Below, piece by piece: positions 16,683 to 24,849 of a DNA stretch of 25,803 bases. The notes under the pieces were generated by a model. It had not been told where the DNA came from, did no database searches, and was given only the letters and a program-made list of their open reading frames with translations. Numbering within the stretch: the stretch's first letter is position 1; each line of letters starts with the position of its first letter. The stretch covers positions 1 to 25,803 of IMG/VR virus record IMGVR_UViG_3300032237_001287; one strand, 5' to 3'. The stretch comes from a virus (taxonomy: Duplodnaviria > Caudoviricetes). The position numbers and the translations under genes were made by a program.

Positions 16683-16783
16683 GTTGGTTATTCAGCGTAA
16701 GGGTTTAGCTGACACCAGGAAGAAGATTCCTGGGTTGATGGCGATTACAACGCCACCAGAAACCTGGAACTTCTGTCCCATTA
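16683..16783 (-). other. structured 5' leader of the major capsid gene
   Basis: Consecutive stem-loops at 16766-16779, 16756-16767, 16739-16755, 16715-16733 and 16692-16712. Confidence 0.55.
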
Positions 16784-16789
16784 AGTAAA

Positions 16790-16799
16790 ATTATAGCAA
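16790..16799 (-). promoter_or_regulatory. extended -10 promoter of the capsid gene
   Basis: TTGCTATAAT (TGnTATAAT), about 108 nt upstream of the MCP ATG. Confidence 0.7.
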
Positions 16800-16828
16800 C
16801 TACTTACTTACGCCTGTTAATAAGAAAA

Positions 16829-17128
16829 TCAAAAACCGCCGATCACGTTGCCGGGGTTATAGGTGTTCGGATTAACGGTACCCATCATGTGAAATGGATT
16901 TACTGCACCGTCGCTTGGTTGGAGATCTGCGGGTTGATTCAATCCAATCCCGGCGCTCTCTGGCGTGATTCCACCCGAAATCATGGCGTTACGCATCAGG
17001 GCTGCAGCTACTTCTGGATGCTTGGCAGCAGCGGCAGCCGTTGGGGTGCTTGCTTTTTTGGAAGTAGTTTTTTTGCCGCTAGCGACTTGTGCTTTTGCTT
17101 TGGCGGCCTTGGCTTTATCGGTATTCAT
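16829..17128 (-). CDS. hypothetical protein with K/A-rich N-terminus
   Basis: 99 aa, KAKAAKAKAQVASGKKTTSKKAS. ATGA overlap with the upstream gene. Confidence 0.7.
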   Translation of the reverse strand: MNTDKAKAAKAKAQVASGKKTTSKKASTPTAAAAAKHPEVAAALMRNAMISGGITPESAGIGLNQPADLQPSDGAVNPFHMMGTVNPNTYNPGNVIGGF

Positions 17129-17751
17129 CGGCGTTGTCCACGAGCAGCCATTTGCTGTTGCATCATCATTTGCTGTTGCATTTGGGTGATGGGGAGAGGA
17201 CCACGGAGAGGCAAGCCGCTCATCATCATGCGTTGTTCGTTGCTGAGGATAGCATCTTGAACAATTTCAGCGCGACGGGTGGTATTGCCCGAAAGCAGGC
17301 CCATGGAGCCCAGGGGAGAACCGGGGAGGTTCAAGTGGAGGTAACCAGCCTGCAGATCATCCGCCATGGGGCCACCTTGACCCATCATGGGAACAGCACC
17401 AGCGGGACCACCGGCTGGGGCTGCACCTGCGTTGGTCAAGGTAATACCGGCAGGGGCGGGACCGGACATCCGTTGCATCGCCGGGTTATGGGGGTTATTG
17501 GCGTAGTTAACGGAGTGACCGGTGGAGCCACCATGCGTTTGGCCGTGAGCACCAAGCTGGGCGGCAGCAGTGGGCTGAGCCAGAAATTGCGAAACTTGGC
17601 CCAGGATGCCACCACCGGGGGCGCCGTATTGTGCTGCCATCTGCGCTGCACCACCGGCAGGCTGTTGCCCCATGGCTTGCATTTGGCCGGCAGGGGCCTG
17701 AGTAACGTTTTGATAACCCTGCGGCTGTTGGCCACCACGTTGCGGACGCAT
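17125..17751 (-). CDS. low-complexity Q/G/A/M/P-rich hypothetical protein
   Basis: 208 aa on the operon strand, with the stop coupled to the next start. A more ordered segment is DDLQAGYLHLNLPGSPL. Confidence 0.7.
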   Translation of the reverse strand: MRPQRGGQQPQGYQNVTQAPAGQMQAMGQQPAGGAAQMAAQYGAPGGGILGQVSQFLAQPTAAAQLGAHGQTHGGSTGHSVNYANNPHNPAMQRMSGPAPAGITLTNAGAAPAGGPAGAVPMMGQGGPMADDLQAGYLHLNLPGSPLGSMGLLSGNTTRRAEIVQDAILSNEQRMMMSGLPLRGPLPITQMQQQMMMQQQMAARGQRR

Positions 17752-17822
17752 CTGTATTAACCCCGATTTAATTAGGATTGTATTGCTACCTTTTATTTTA
17801 AACTCATTAAACCTGATGCATG

Positions 17823-17865
17823 AAAAAAGTGCAGCTATTCCGCCATGGGAAGAATTGCTGCACTT
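17823..17865 (-). terminator. intrinsic terminator after the portal/scaffold genes
   Basis: Minus strand AAGTGCAGCAATTC-loop-GAATAGCTGCACTT followed by TTTT. Confidence 0.7.
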
Positions 17866-17912
17866 ATTTTATCCGTTTTACCAATAAATGGATTTTATCG
17901 GTTATCCGAGTA

Positions 17913-18956
17913 TCACTCCATCACAAGCAGTTTTTGGCGGAAAACATCAGGATTGGATTGCGCTGCATTTAAGTAACGCCATGCGTTGGCGGGATCACGA
18001 TCAGCAAGGGTGCCGAAGCTATCCCAGAAGGCTGCAGGATTGCCCTGAGCCTGGGGCTGAGGGGGAACGGGCATCTGAGGGCGCTCGAACTGCTGAGGGG
18101 CCGCTGCGGTGGGGATAGGGCGGTATCCGGTATTGATTACAGGAGCGGGGCGATATCCAATCTCTTCATCGGGAATCGGGTAAGGACCATTCTCGCCAAA
18201 GAATTGCGTGGTGTAATCAGCAAGGACATCGGGATCGGTCAGAATGATCTCGTATGCCTTATGCTCATTGGCCAATTCTTGCAGCAGGCCAACAGCTTGC
18301 ACCAGTTGGCTATTGGTGATGATCAGATGATCTTCAAGACTGCAGGAATACTCATTCAGTACGCGAGCAGCATCAGGACCAAAGTGATCAATTACCTCAA
18401 GGCTTTTGGGGCTTACCCCGTTTGCCAACAACTGCTCCCGGCTGATTTCCAACGAGGTTGGGGAAGAGTTGCTGAAGGATACCTGGTTGCTGCTGGCTCC
18501 AGGCATAGAGGTCAGCGGAGCCTGGTACGGGTTGTTGCTGTACTGGGTTGCCGGCTGTGAACTGTAATTGGCCGGGACGGTTGGTTGACTCGGCGCGGAC
18601 TGTTGACCCTGGAAGGGGAATTGGACCGGCGAACTCAGGAGTCCGACCACCCGGTTGAATGCCTCCTTGTAGGGGTTCTCCGCTACCGGGGCCGCCACCG
18701 GCTGGGCCACCGGGGCCTGCTGGTACGCCTGGGGGTATGATTGAGTAGGCTGGTATTGGGGCGCTACTCCCATCTGGGCCGGCATTTGCGGGGCTGGGGC
18801 CGACACCGGCTGGTAAGGTGCCACCCACTGAGGCGTTGTTGCCACCATCGGAGCCTGAGCTGCCGTCTGCTGGGCTACCGGCGCCGCGTAACTGGTCGGC
18901 TGGGTCTGGTAAGACTGGGGTGCCGATTGGATCGGCGCTGCGGTATCGGCCTGCAT
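17913..18956 (-). CDS. putative capsid scaffolding protein
   Basis: 347 aa between portal and MCP, with P/Q/A/Y-rich disordered segments, a central helical region and a compact C-terminus (FWDSF...AWRYL...FRQKLLVME). SD AAGAGG lies just upstream of the ATG, inside the portal ORF. Confidence 0.6.
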   Translation of the reverse strand: MQADTAAPIQSAPQSYQTQPTSYAAPVAQQTAAQAPMVATTPQWVAPYQPVSAPAPQMPAQMGVAPQYQPTQSYPQAYQQAPVAQPVAAPVAENPYKEAFNRVVGLLSSPVQFPFQGQQSAPSQPTVPANYSSQPATQYSNNPYQAPLTSMPGASSNQVSFSNSSPTSLEISREQLLANGVSPKSLEVIDHFGPDAARVLNEYSCSLEDHLIITNSQLVQAVGLLQELANEHKAYEIILTDPDVLADYTTQFFGENGPYPIPDEEIGYRPAPVINTGYRPIPTAAAPQQFERPQMPVPPQPQAQGNPAAFWDSFGTLADRDPANAWRYLNAAQSNPDVFRQKLLVME

Positions 18957-20685
18957 AGGTTACCTCTTTTTGTAAACTCTCTAAAGTTCGGTAAAGGAAG
19001 GGGGTGAGATTTAGCCTGGGATCCGCAGCCATGGGAAGGTTGGGTTGCTGCGGATGCGGCGTCTTCATCTGTAGATTGACTAGGTCAATAAACGATGAAT
19101 AAGCCCTTTGTACTTCCCCGACCATTCTAAACGGAAAACCAGAAAGCATTCCTGCAATCTCGTCATCAGTTTTGGACGGGAAAAGGTACTTCAGTGCTTC
19201 AATGCTATCAACACCTAATTCTTGTAGGTTTCTTGTGAAAATTGACTGGTTTAATTTATCTTGTGGAGTATCTTCATAAACCGGTCCCATCCAGCGCCAG
19301 CAAATGCTTCTATCGCCATCTGGAATTAGTCCTAAAACCCCATCCGGGATCTGCTTAGTATTGATTACATCATCAATACCAGCCCGTAAAGTTGTTTCGT
19401 ACTTGGTCTTGGCTCGTTTGAATTTAAGTGCCAGCTTAGGATCGTTGGGATCCTCTGGTGGAATTGGGTAAACCAATCCCAAGGATTGCGCCAAGGTCTT
19501 GCGGAAGATTTGTTCTTCCTGGAAGATCATTAGTTCAAAGCAACGGCAAATTCCGTAGGTGTACAGCTGCAAGCATTTTTTCTTTGCTGTTGCACTGACG
19601 CGGCCATAGGCAGATTTAATTTCTGTTGCGGTAACGTTTTGGATACTTAAGTCATCAATGCCGCCCAGCGCCAAGCGGATTTCGGAACGGAGTTGATCGA
19701 CGTAACGAGATTGTTCGGCGCTCACTGCATTGGGCGTGATGAAACCGACACGATCTGTGGGCTCCAGGTTGGCGATAACCCTTGGCACGCGCATACCGGA
19801 ACCCGGGCGGCCAATGTATCCTGGTGCGTTTCGTGATGTGGGATCCTGTTTGTAAGTAGAACTTGAGAGGCTAAATTCCGATTGGAAACCTGATTGGCTT
19901 GAAATACTGGGTCGTTGCGCCGTATCTCCTTCGGCCTTTTCAATGATGTCTTGCTTGGGTCTGGAGGACAGCAGCGTTGGGTTACCAAAGAATGAGAGGT
20001 TTGCGCGTATATTTTTAACCATTTCATCGTGGGCAACAACTTGATTGGCGAGCCACTCAAATTCGCCGCTACCCTCGGTGCCAAATGCATCCGGGTTGTT
20101 AAAAACTTCTACGCATGGGATAAATTCAAGCGTGTTGACAACCGTTTGCTTGTTTAATGCCGCAAAGGCTTCCGGCATGTCAAACTTCAACTCTTGTTCG
20201 CTATGGTACTCTTCAATTTCTGTTGCGGTAATCCGCAGTCGCATGTAACGTTTGTCCGTGGAAAGGCCAACTCCACCAAGGCCACGCGATGACTTTACCT
20301 TGTACGGATAAATAATGATGACTTCATCCAGTTCCCCTTCTGGCGTGTAGTAGGTGCGATAAGCATCCTTATCAAACCAGTACAGGCGATACGTTTTTTT
20401 AGTGGGCCGAATATAAAAAAGCCCTTTACCGTAGGCCAAAAAGCGGTCCCAAATGGAATCAAGCCTGGCGTCTAACTTATTAAATTTAATGACTTGCTGG
20501 ATAAAATCAAATCGTTGCGAACCAAAGTTATCTTGATGTGGGTAAAATTCGACACCCTGCCGGATGCCAAACATCTTCATCTGCCCTAAATGTGAATTTA
20601 TCAGCATCGTGTCTGCCGCACCGCTTGACTCACGGTTTACGGCGGCACGCAGCATTCCATCCAGGGTCGTGTTTGTTTCGCTCAT
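18397..20685 (-). CDS. portal protein with long overlapping C-terminal extension
   Basis: Follows the terminase. The helical core of about 575 aa has GKGLFYIRP, NTLEFIPCVEVFN, GSGEFEWL and TATEIKSAY. The last ~186 codons overlap the scaffold-like gene in another frame. Confidence 0.8.
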   Translation of the reverse strand: MSETNTTLDGMLRAAVNRESSGAADTMLINSHLGQMKMFGIRQGVEFYPHQDNFGSQRFDFIQQVIKFNKLDARLDSIWDRFLAYGKGLFYIRPTKKTYRLYWFDKDAYRTYYTPEGELDEVIIIYPYKVKSSRGLGGVGLSTDKRYMRLRITATEIEEYHSEQELKFDMPEAFAALNKQTVVNTLEFIPCVEVFNNPDAFGTEGSGEFEWLANQVVAHDEMVKNIRANLSFFGNPTLLSSRPKQDIIEKAEGDTAQRPSISSQSGFQSEFSLSSSTYKQDPTSRNAPGYIGRPGSGMRVPRVIANLEPTDRVGFITPNAVSAEQSRYVDQLRSEIRLALGGIDDLSIQNVTATEIKSAYGRVSATAKKKCLQLYTYGICRCFELMIFQEEQIFRKTLAQSLGLVYPIPPEDPNDPKLALKFKRAKTKYETTLRAGIDDVINTKQIPDGVLGLIPDGDRSICWRWMGPVYEDTPQDKLNQSIFTRNLQELGVDSIEALKYLFPSKTDDEIAGMLSGFPFRMVGEVQRAYSSFIDLVNLQMKTPHPQQPNLPMAADPRLNLTPFLYRTLESLQKEVTYAGRYRSADPIGTPVLPDPADQLRGAGSPADGSSGSDGGNNASVGGTLPAGVGPSPANAGPDGSSAPIPAYSIIPPGVPAGPGGPAGGGPGSGEPLQGGIQPGGRTPEFAGPIPLPGSTVRAESTNRPGQLQFTAGNPVQQQPVPGSADLYAWSQQQPGILQQLFPNLVGNQPGAVVGKRGKPQKP

Positions 20686-20712
20686 TACACGTTAAATCGC
20701 GGTGTGTTTATC

Positions 20713-20892
20713 CTACTCAATTTCGTAGCCAGCAGCAAGCCGTTTGAACATGATCACGTTGTCCTCTACCTCAATATCAAAGCGCTCACCAGGTACAAGA
20801 CCCAGGTCATGGCACAATTCATCAGGGAGGGAGAAGACAGCAGAGCCGTAGCCGTCTTGTTCCAGTTCAATGGGAAAGTAGCTGTAATTCAT
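20713..20892 (-). CDS. AbrB/MazE/SpoVT-like small DNA-binding protein (59 aa), not in the ORF track
   Basis: Hand translation: MNYSYFPIELEQDGYGSAVFSLPDELCHDLGLVPGERFDIEVEDNVIMFKRLAAGYEIE*. LPxEL...LGLxPGExFxIxVEDxxI fits the swapped-hairpin signature. Confidence 0.75.
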   Translation of the reverse strand: MNYSYFPIELEQDGYGSAVFSLPDELCHDLGLVPGERFDIEVEDNVIMFKRLAAGYEIE

Positions 20893-20955
20893 TGAGTGAT
20901 TACTCAGTTTAGTTCCAGAATACTTTATTGCAGCCTACTTTTGACAGCGGTAGTT

Positions 20956-22479
20956 TTAGTATTCAAGCTCCAGTTTCCCCCTAGCCATCAAGCCATTGCA
21001 TAGCCAGACCAACGCATCTACACAATCATCGTGGGAGCTGACCCCAAAGTTAATGATCTCATCCGTTAGCGCTTGGAATTTACGGTATTTATTGAATTTG
21101 ATCTTATGTTGTTCAAATAAACCCATGATGCCACGAAACCTTGCTACTTTGTCCCCACGAAATCCCTTGACTGGGTGCCATAAAACATTGTAAAGACCGT
21201 GCTCAACAAGGCAAATACGTTTGAAATCCGCCTCCAGGGAGGCTTGGTAAGCCACGGCCTCAGACCACACGTCAACGCTGGTTCCTGTTGGGATATACCT
21301 AGTGCCTTCTTTGTAAACGATGCCCCATTCAAACATCATTTCCATCATTGCCTCCAACTTTTCCAAGTTGCCCATCAGCCGGATGCGTTTGCAATCAATG
21401 ACATACACCTTGTCACCAACACGTCCGCCAAGGACAAATACGCTGTAATCATTACGCTCCCGTACGCCAGCAGATAAATCAACCCCGATGCCGAGGCGAT
21501 CAAACTCGGTTGGAATTTTCCCTTTAATGATCAAGTCGGGGGATAGGGATAGTTCGCTGGTCTGTACAATTTGGTTCTGGTACTGAAAACTGAAGCTGAT
21601 GGGGGCCTGGCGACGGCGGTCTTGCAGGTATTCCAGCGACCACATTTCTGGCCAGTAGGAGGATTCCTCTCCTGACTCATCCACAATTATTGCTGACTGA
21701 ACCAGTTGAATCCAGTCTTTTTCGGGGATGAAGGTGGTACCGTGCATATCATCATGGCGGAATCTAGTGCCAAGACAAATTGCTCTTCCGCCTTCAAACA
21801 TGGTGGGAGTAATAACAGAGTTCCAGTTATCCTCCATTGCCAATCGGATTTCGCGGTTTTTTATTTCGTCGGCGGACTTACAAATGTCATCGATCACGCA
21901 TAAATGGCTACGCTTAGAAGTAACCGCCCCTTTTAGGCCCGCGCAACATAATGTAAATTCTTCTTCACCTGTAGATTTAACACCAGCAAATTTCCAATCA
22001 ATGCTCCAATACTCGTTGCTATTGATTCCCTTGGCAATTTTTACCATGGGGAAGATTTCTCTATAGGTTTTGCTTTCTTCAATGATCCTCTTGATGGCCG
22101 CGCTTTTAGGCCTGGCTACATCAACCGTGTACGAAATATACAGGATTTTTAACGGCTTCTGATGCAAGGCATGCACGCCAATGGTCCAAGCGCAGAACAA
22201 ACCTGTGACGGTACTTTTTGCTGACCCACGAGGGCTAAGTATGTCTACGTTCGGGCCACCTATACCAATCAAACATTCGGTATCTTGTCCTGTACACAAG
22301 TATTTATGCCACTCTTTATGGTGCGCTGCCGGTGGTTTGTCCCCGACAACATCACAAAAATAAGCAAAATCTGTTCTTGCTCTTTCAACATCTACATCTG
22401 ATGTCTTCTTTACAATTTGTTGTTTTGCTGCAGCACGCGCAGTCCTGCGGTAAACGCTGTAAAGACTTGTGCCCGCCAC
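20956..22479 (-). CDS. terL: terminase large subunit
   Basis: Walker A PRGSAKST, Walker B LCVIDD, coupling motif GTR, and RNase H-like nuclease residues GVDLSA, NDYS and HDDCVDA. GTG start. Confidence 0.95.
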   Translation of the reverse strand: MAGTSLYSVYRRTARAAAKQQIVKKTSDVDVERARTDFAYFCDVVGDKPPAAHHKEWHKYLCTGQDTECLIGIGGPNVDILSPRGSAKSTVTGLFCAWTIGVHALHQKPLKILYISYTVDVARPKSAAIKRIIEESKTYREIFPMVKIAKGINSNEYWSIDWKFAGVKSTGEEEFTLCCAGLKGAVTSKRSHLCVIDDICKSADEIKNREIRLAMEDNWNSVITPTMFEGGRAICLGTRFRHDDMHGTTFIPEKDWIQLVQSAIIVDESGEESSYWPEMWSLEYLQDRRRQAPISFSFQYQNQIVQTSELSLSPDLIIKGKIPTEFDRLGIGVDLSAGVRERNDYSVFVLGGRVGDKVYVIDCKRIRLMGNLEKLEAMMEMMFEWGIVYKEGTRYIPTGTSVDVWSEAVAYQASLEADFKRICLVEHGLYNVLWHPVKGFRGDKVARFRGIMGLFEQHKIKFNKYRKFQALTDEIINFGVSSHDDCVDALVWLCNGLMARGKLELEY

Positions 22480-22533
22480 TCAGGATTAATCGTATGTTGA
22501 CTTCAGCATACAGCAAAATCCTTTAAGTTGCCT

Positions 22534-23043
22534 TTAGGATTCCTCTTGCAGGATTTTGGTCCACACCGCCATGGATGCTTCTTGAAGGGGGCCTTCAATG
22601 GGGTCATCGCGAAAAATTAAAAGCATCTCCCTTAATGCACGGTCTGCGCCAGCTAGGATTAGCCCCTGTTTATCGGTTAAGTGCTTTTCATCGTTTAATT
22701 GTTTGATGGTGCCACGTAACTCTTTTTGAAGCATGGCAATACGGGATGTTCCCATGTCTTGCTTGACCATGCCCATATCGATGGCATCACGCAACTTTGC
22801 AATGTCTTGCTGCATGGCGTCAATTTCTTCCTCCATGATGGCGGCAAAATTACGTTTTTTGTAATTTTCCTTGGCCCAGTCATGGCACTCCACGATGGTT
22901 CCCGTAAACCCCAGGAAACGGGAGTACAGGTACATTTGTATTGGAGAGCTTACTTGTTTGCAAAAAGCAAAGAAAGATTCTCTATCTTTTTCGCTTAATT
23001 TATCCAGCCAGTTGGTTACGCTTTGTAGGCTTGCCTGGACCAT
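22534..23043 (-). CDS. helical/coiled-coil protein, possible terminase small subunit
   Basis: 169 aa immediately upstream of terL, with an N-terminal helical bundle and a coiled coil. The assignment is positional. Confidence 0.45.
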   Translation of the reverse strand: MVQASLQSVTNWLDKLSEKDRESFFAFCKQVSSPIQMYLYSRFLGFTGTIVECHDWAKENYKKRNFAAIMEEEIDAMQQDIAKLRDAIDMGMVKQDMGTSRIAMLQKELRGTIKQLNDEKHLTDKQGLILAGADRALREMLLIFRDDPIEGPLQEASMAVWTKILQEES

Positions 23044-24806
23044 TGGTAATCACGTTGTGCTTTGTAATTATCATACGCTTGTTGCTGCTGTTGCGTGAGG
23101 CGCTGTTGAACCCCAGTTTCCGTGGTCTGGGCAACATTGTATTGACCAGCCATTCTGGTTTGTTCGACTCCATACTTACCAGTTGTCTCAGCGCCTTGTA
23201 CAGCGTATTTACCCGTTGTTTCAGCAACCTGTGTTTGAGCCCCAGCTTCTAGTGCTTTACCTTGTACATCATATTTGCCTGTTGTTTCTGCAACACCTAA
23301 TTGAGTTTCTTTGGCTGTTTGCGCAACTTGTGTTTGAGCCCCAGCTTCTAGTGCTTTACCTTGTACACCGTATTTACCCGTTGTTTCTGCAACACCTAGT
23401 TGAGCTTCTTTTTCTGTTTGCGCAACTTGTGTTTGAGCACCCGCTGCTACTTGTTGTCCTTGGACGTTATATTGTCCCGCCATGCGTTGCTGTTCTACGC
23501 CATATTTACCTGTGGTTTCCGCAGCCCCTAATTGTGCTTCTTTAGCCGATTGTGCAACTTGCGTTTGAGCCCCGGCTTGTATTTGCTGTCCTTGAACACC
23601 GTATTTACCTGTTGTCTCTGCAACAGATTTTTGCGCTTCTGATTCTATTTGTTGGCCTTGAACATTATATAAACCTGTAGTCTGCGCAACACCTAATTGA
23701 GCTTCTTTGGCTGTTTGAGCAACTTGTGTTTGGGCACCTGCCGCTATTTGTTGTCCTTGAACGTTATATTGTCCTGCCATGCGTTGCTGTTCTACACCGT
23801 ATTTTCCCGTTGTTTCTGCTGCACCAAGTTGCGCTTCTTTGCCCAATTCAGCAGTTCGCGTTTGAGCACCCGCAGCTATCTGTTGCCCTTGAACGTTATA
23901 TAGGCCTGTGGTCTGCGCAACACCTAGTTGAGCTTCTTTTTCTGTTTGCGCAACTTGTGTTTGAGCCCCCGCTTGTATCTGTTGCCCTTGAACATTGTAT
24001 AATCCCGCCATGCGTTGCTGCTCTACGCCATATTTACCTGTAGTCTCCGCAGCCCCTAATTGTGCTTCTTTAGCCGATTGTGCAACTTGCGTTTGAGCCC
24101 CGGCTTGTATTTGCTGTCCTTGAACATTGTATAATCCCGCCATGCGTTGCTGCTCTACGCCATATTTACCTGTAGTCTCCGCAGTTCCTAGTTGCGCTTC
24201 TTTGCCCAATTCGGCAGCTCTTGTTTGAGCACCTGCAGCTATCTGTTGCCCTTGGACGTTGTATAGGCCTGTGGTCTGAGCAACGCCTAGTTGCGCTTCT
24301 TTGCCCAATTCGGCAGCTCTTGTTTGAGCCCCCGCTTGTATCTGTTGCCCTTGGACGTTGTATAGGCCTGTGGTCTGAGCAACGCCTAGTTGCGCTTCTT
24401 TTGATGTTTGTGCAACTTGTGTTTGTGCTTCTGCTTGTGTTTTTGCTCCTGCTAAGCCATAGGTCCCTTGGATGCTGGCAACATCCCTTTGCCCCCCTAC
24501 TTGAGCTTGCGTGCCCGCCAAAGTATATTGTCCTTGCAGATTGGCAAGATTGGCTTCGCCCTGGTATTGCGTTTGTAAATTTAAGCGCTGTTGTTCACCT
24601 TGTGTTTGTAGCGTGGTGCGTGCTTCTGCGCCTGTTGCTTGGGCCTGCCTAATATTTTGAGTTGTGAAAAAATCACTATTGATGCGATCCAGATTGGACC
24701 CCATCCGCATATTGAGAATTTGCTGCTGTTCACTGACATCCATCAATGCTGCTTGGTTTTGCAGCGCTTGACTTTCTACATTTACGACATCAACGTTAGC
24801 TGCCAT
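23016..24806 (-). CDS. Gln-rich hendecad-repeat protein, putative ejection/DNA-tube or tape-measure-like protein
   Basis: About 47 uninterrupted 11-aa units (AQTQVAQTxKE / AQLGVAxTTG(L/K) / YGVEQQRMAG(L/Q) / YNVQGQQIxAG). SD GAGGA upstream. Confidence 0.75.
   Translation of the reverse strand: MAANVDVVNVESQALQNQAALMDVSEQQQILNMRMGSNLDRINSDFFTTQNIRQAQATGAEARTTLQTQGEQQRLNLQTQYQGEANLANLQGQYTLAGTQAQVGGQRDVASIQGTYGLAGAKTQAEAQTQVAQTSKEAQLGVAQTTGLYNVQGQQIQAGAQTRAAELGKEAQLGVAQTTGLYNVQGQQIAAGAQTRAAELGKEAQLGTAETTGKYGVEQQRMAGLYNVQGQQIQAGAQTQVAQSAKEAQLGAAETTGKYGVEQQRMAGLYNVQGQQIQAGAQTQVAQTEKEAQLGVAQTTGLYNVQGQQIAAGAQTRTAELGKEAQLGAAETTGKYGVEQQRMAGQYNVQGQQIAAGAQTQVAQTAKEAQLGVAQTTGLYNVQGQQIESEAQKSVAETTGKYGVQGQQIQAGAQTQVAQSAKEAQLGAAETTGKYGVEQQRMAGQYNVQGQQVAAGAQTQVAQTEKEAQLGVAETTGKYGVQGKALEAGAQTQVAQTAKETQLGVAETTGKYDVQGKALEAGAQTQVAETTGKYAVQGAETTGKYGVEQTRMAGQYNVAQTTETGVQQRLTQQQQQAYDNYKAQRDYQWSRQAYKA
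23130..24430 (-). repeat. coding tandem repeats built from 33-bp units (99- and 132-bp higher-order periods; approximate limits)
   Basis: Near-identical blocks start at 24241 and 24340 (99 bp apart) and at 23986 and 24118 (132 bp apart). Confidence 0.9.
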
Positions 24807-24826
24807 GGCAAATCCTCAGTAAGTAC

Positions 24827-24836
24827 AGTATAGCAA
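24827..24836 (-). promoter_or_regulatory. extended -10 promoter
   Basis: TTGCTATACT about 20 nt upstream of the ATG at 24806. It resembles the capsid promoter. Confidence 0.55.
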
Positions 24837-24849
24837 GCTCAGATAAAGC

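Noticed and set aside
15667-16700. Long plus-strand ORFs opposite the capsid gene (also 5624-6133, 17089-17760, 3035-3478 and similar)
   Set aside because: These are antisense shadows of biased codon usage or low-complexity genes, with no RBS and no recognisable motifs.
16683-16783. tRNA gene suggested by the cloverleaf-like leader
   Set aside because: There is no T-loop GTTCRA, no D-loop consensus, no 7-bp acceptor stem and no CCA end.
20704-20895. Plus-strand 63-aa ORF in the track
   Set aside because: It is the shadow of the minus-strand AbrB-like ORF at 20713-20892, which fits the operon direction and has a fold signature.
20956-22479. Intein or intron in the terminase
   Set aside because: The length is normal, the motifs are contiguous, and there is no splice-junction or homing-endonuclease signature.
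23130-24430. CRISPR array or non-coding repeat
   Set aside because: The repeats are contiguous multiples of 33 bp within an open frame, vary at synonymous positions, and have no unique spacers.
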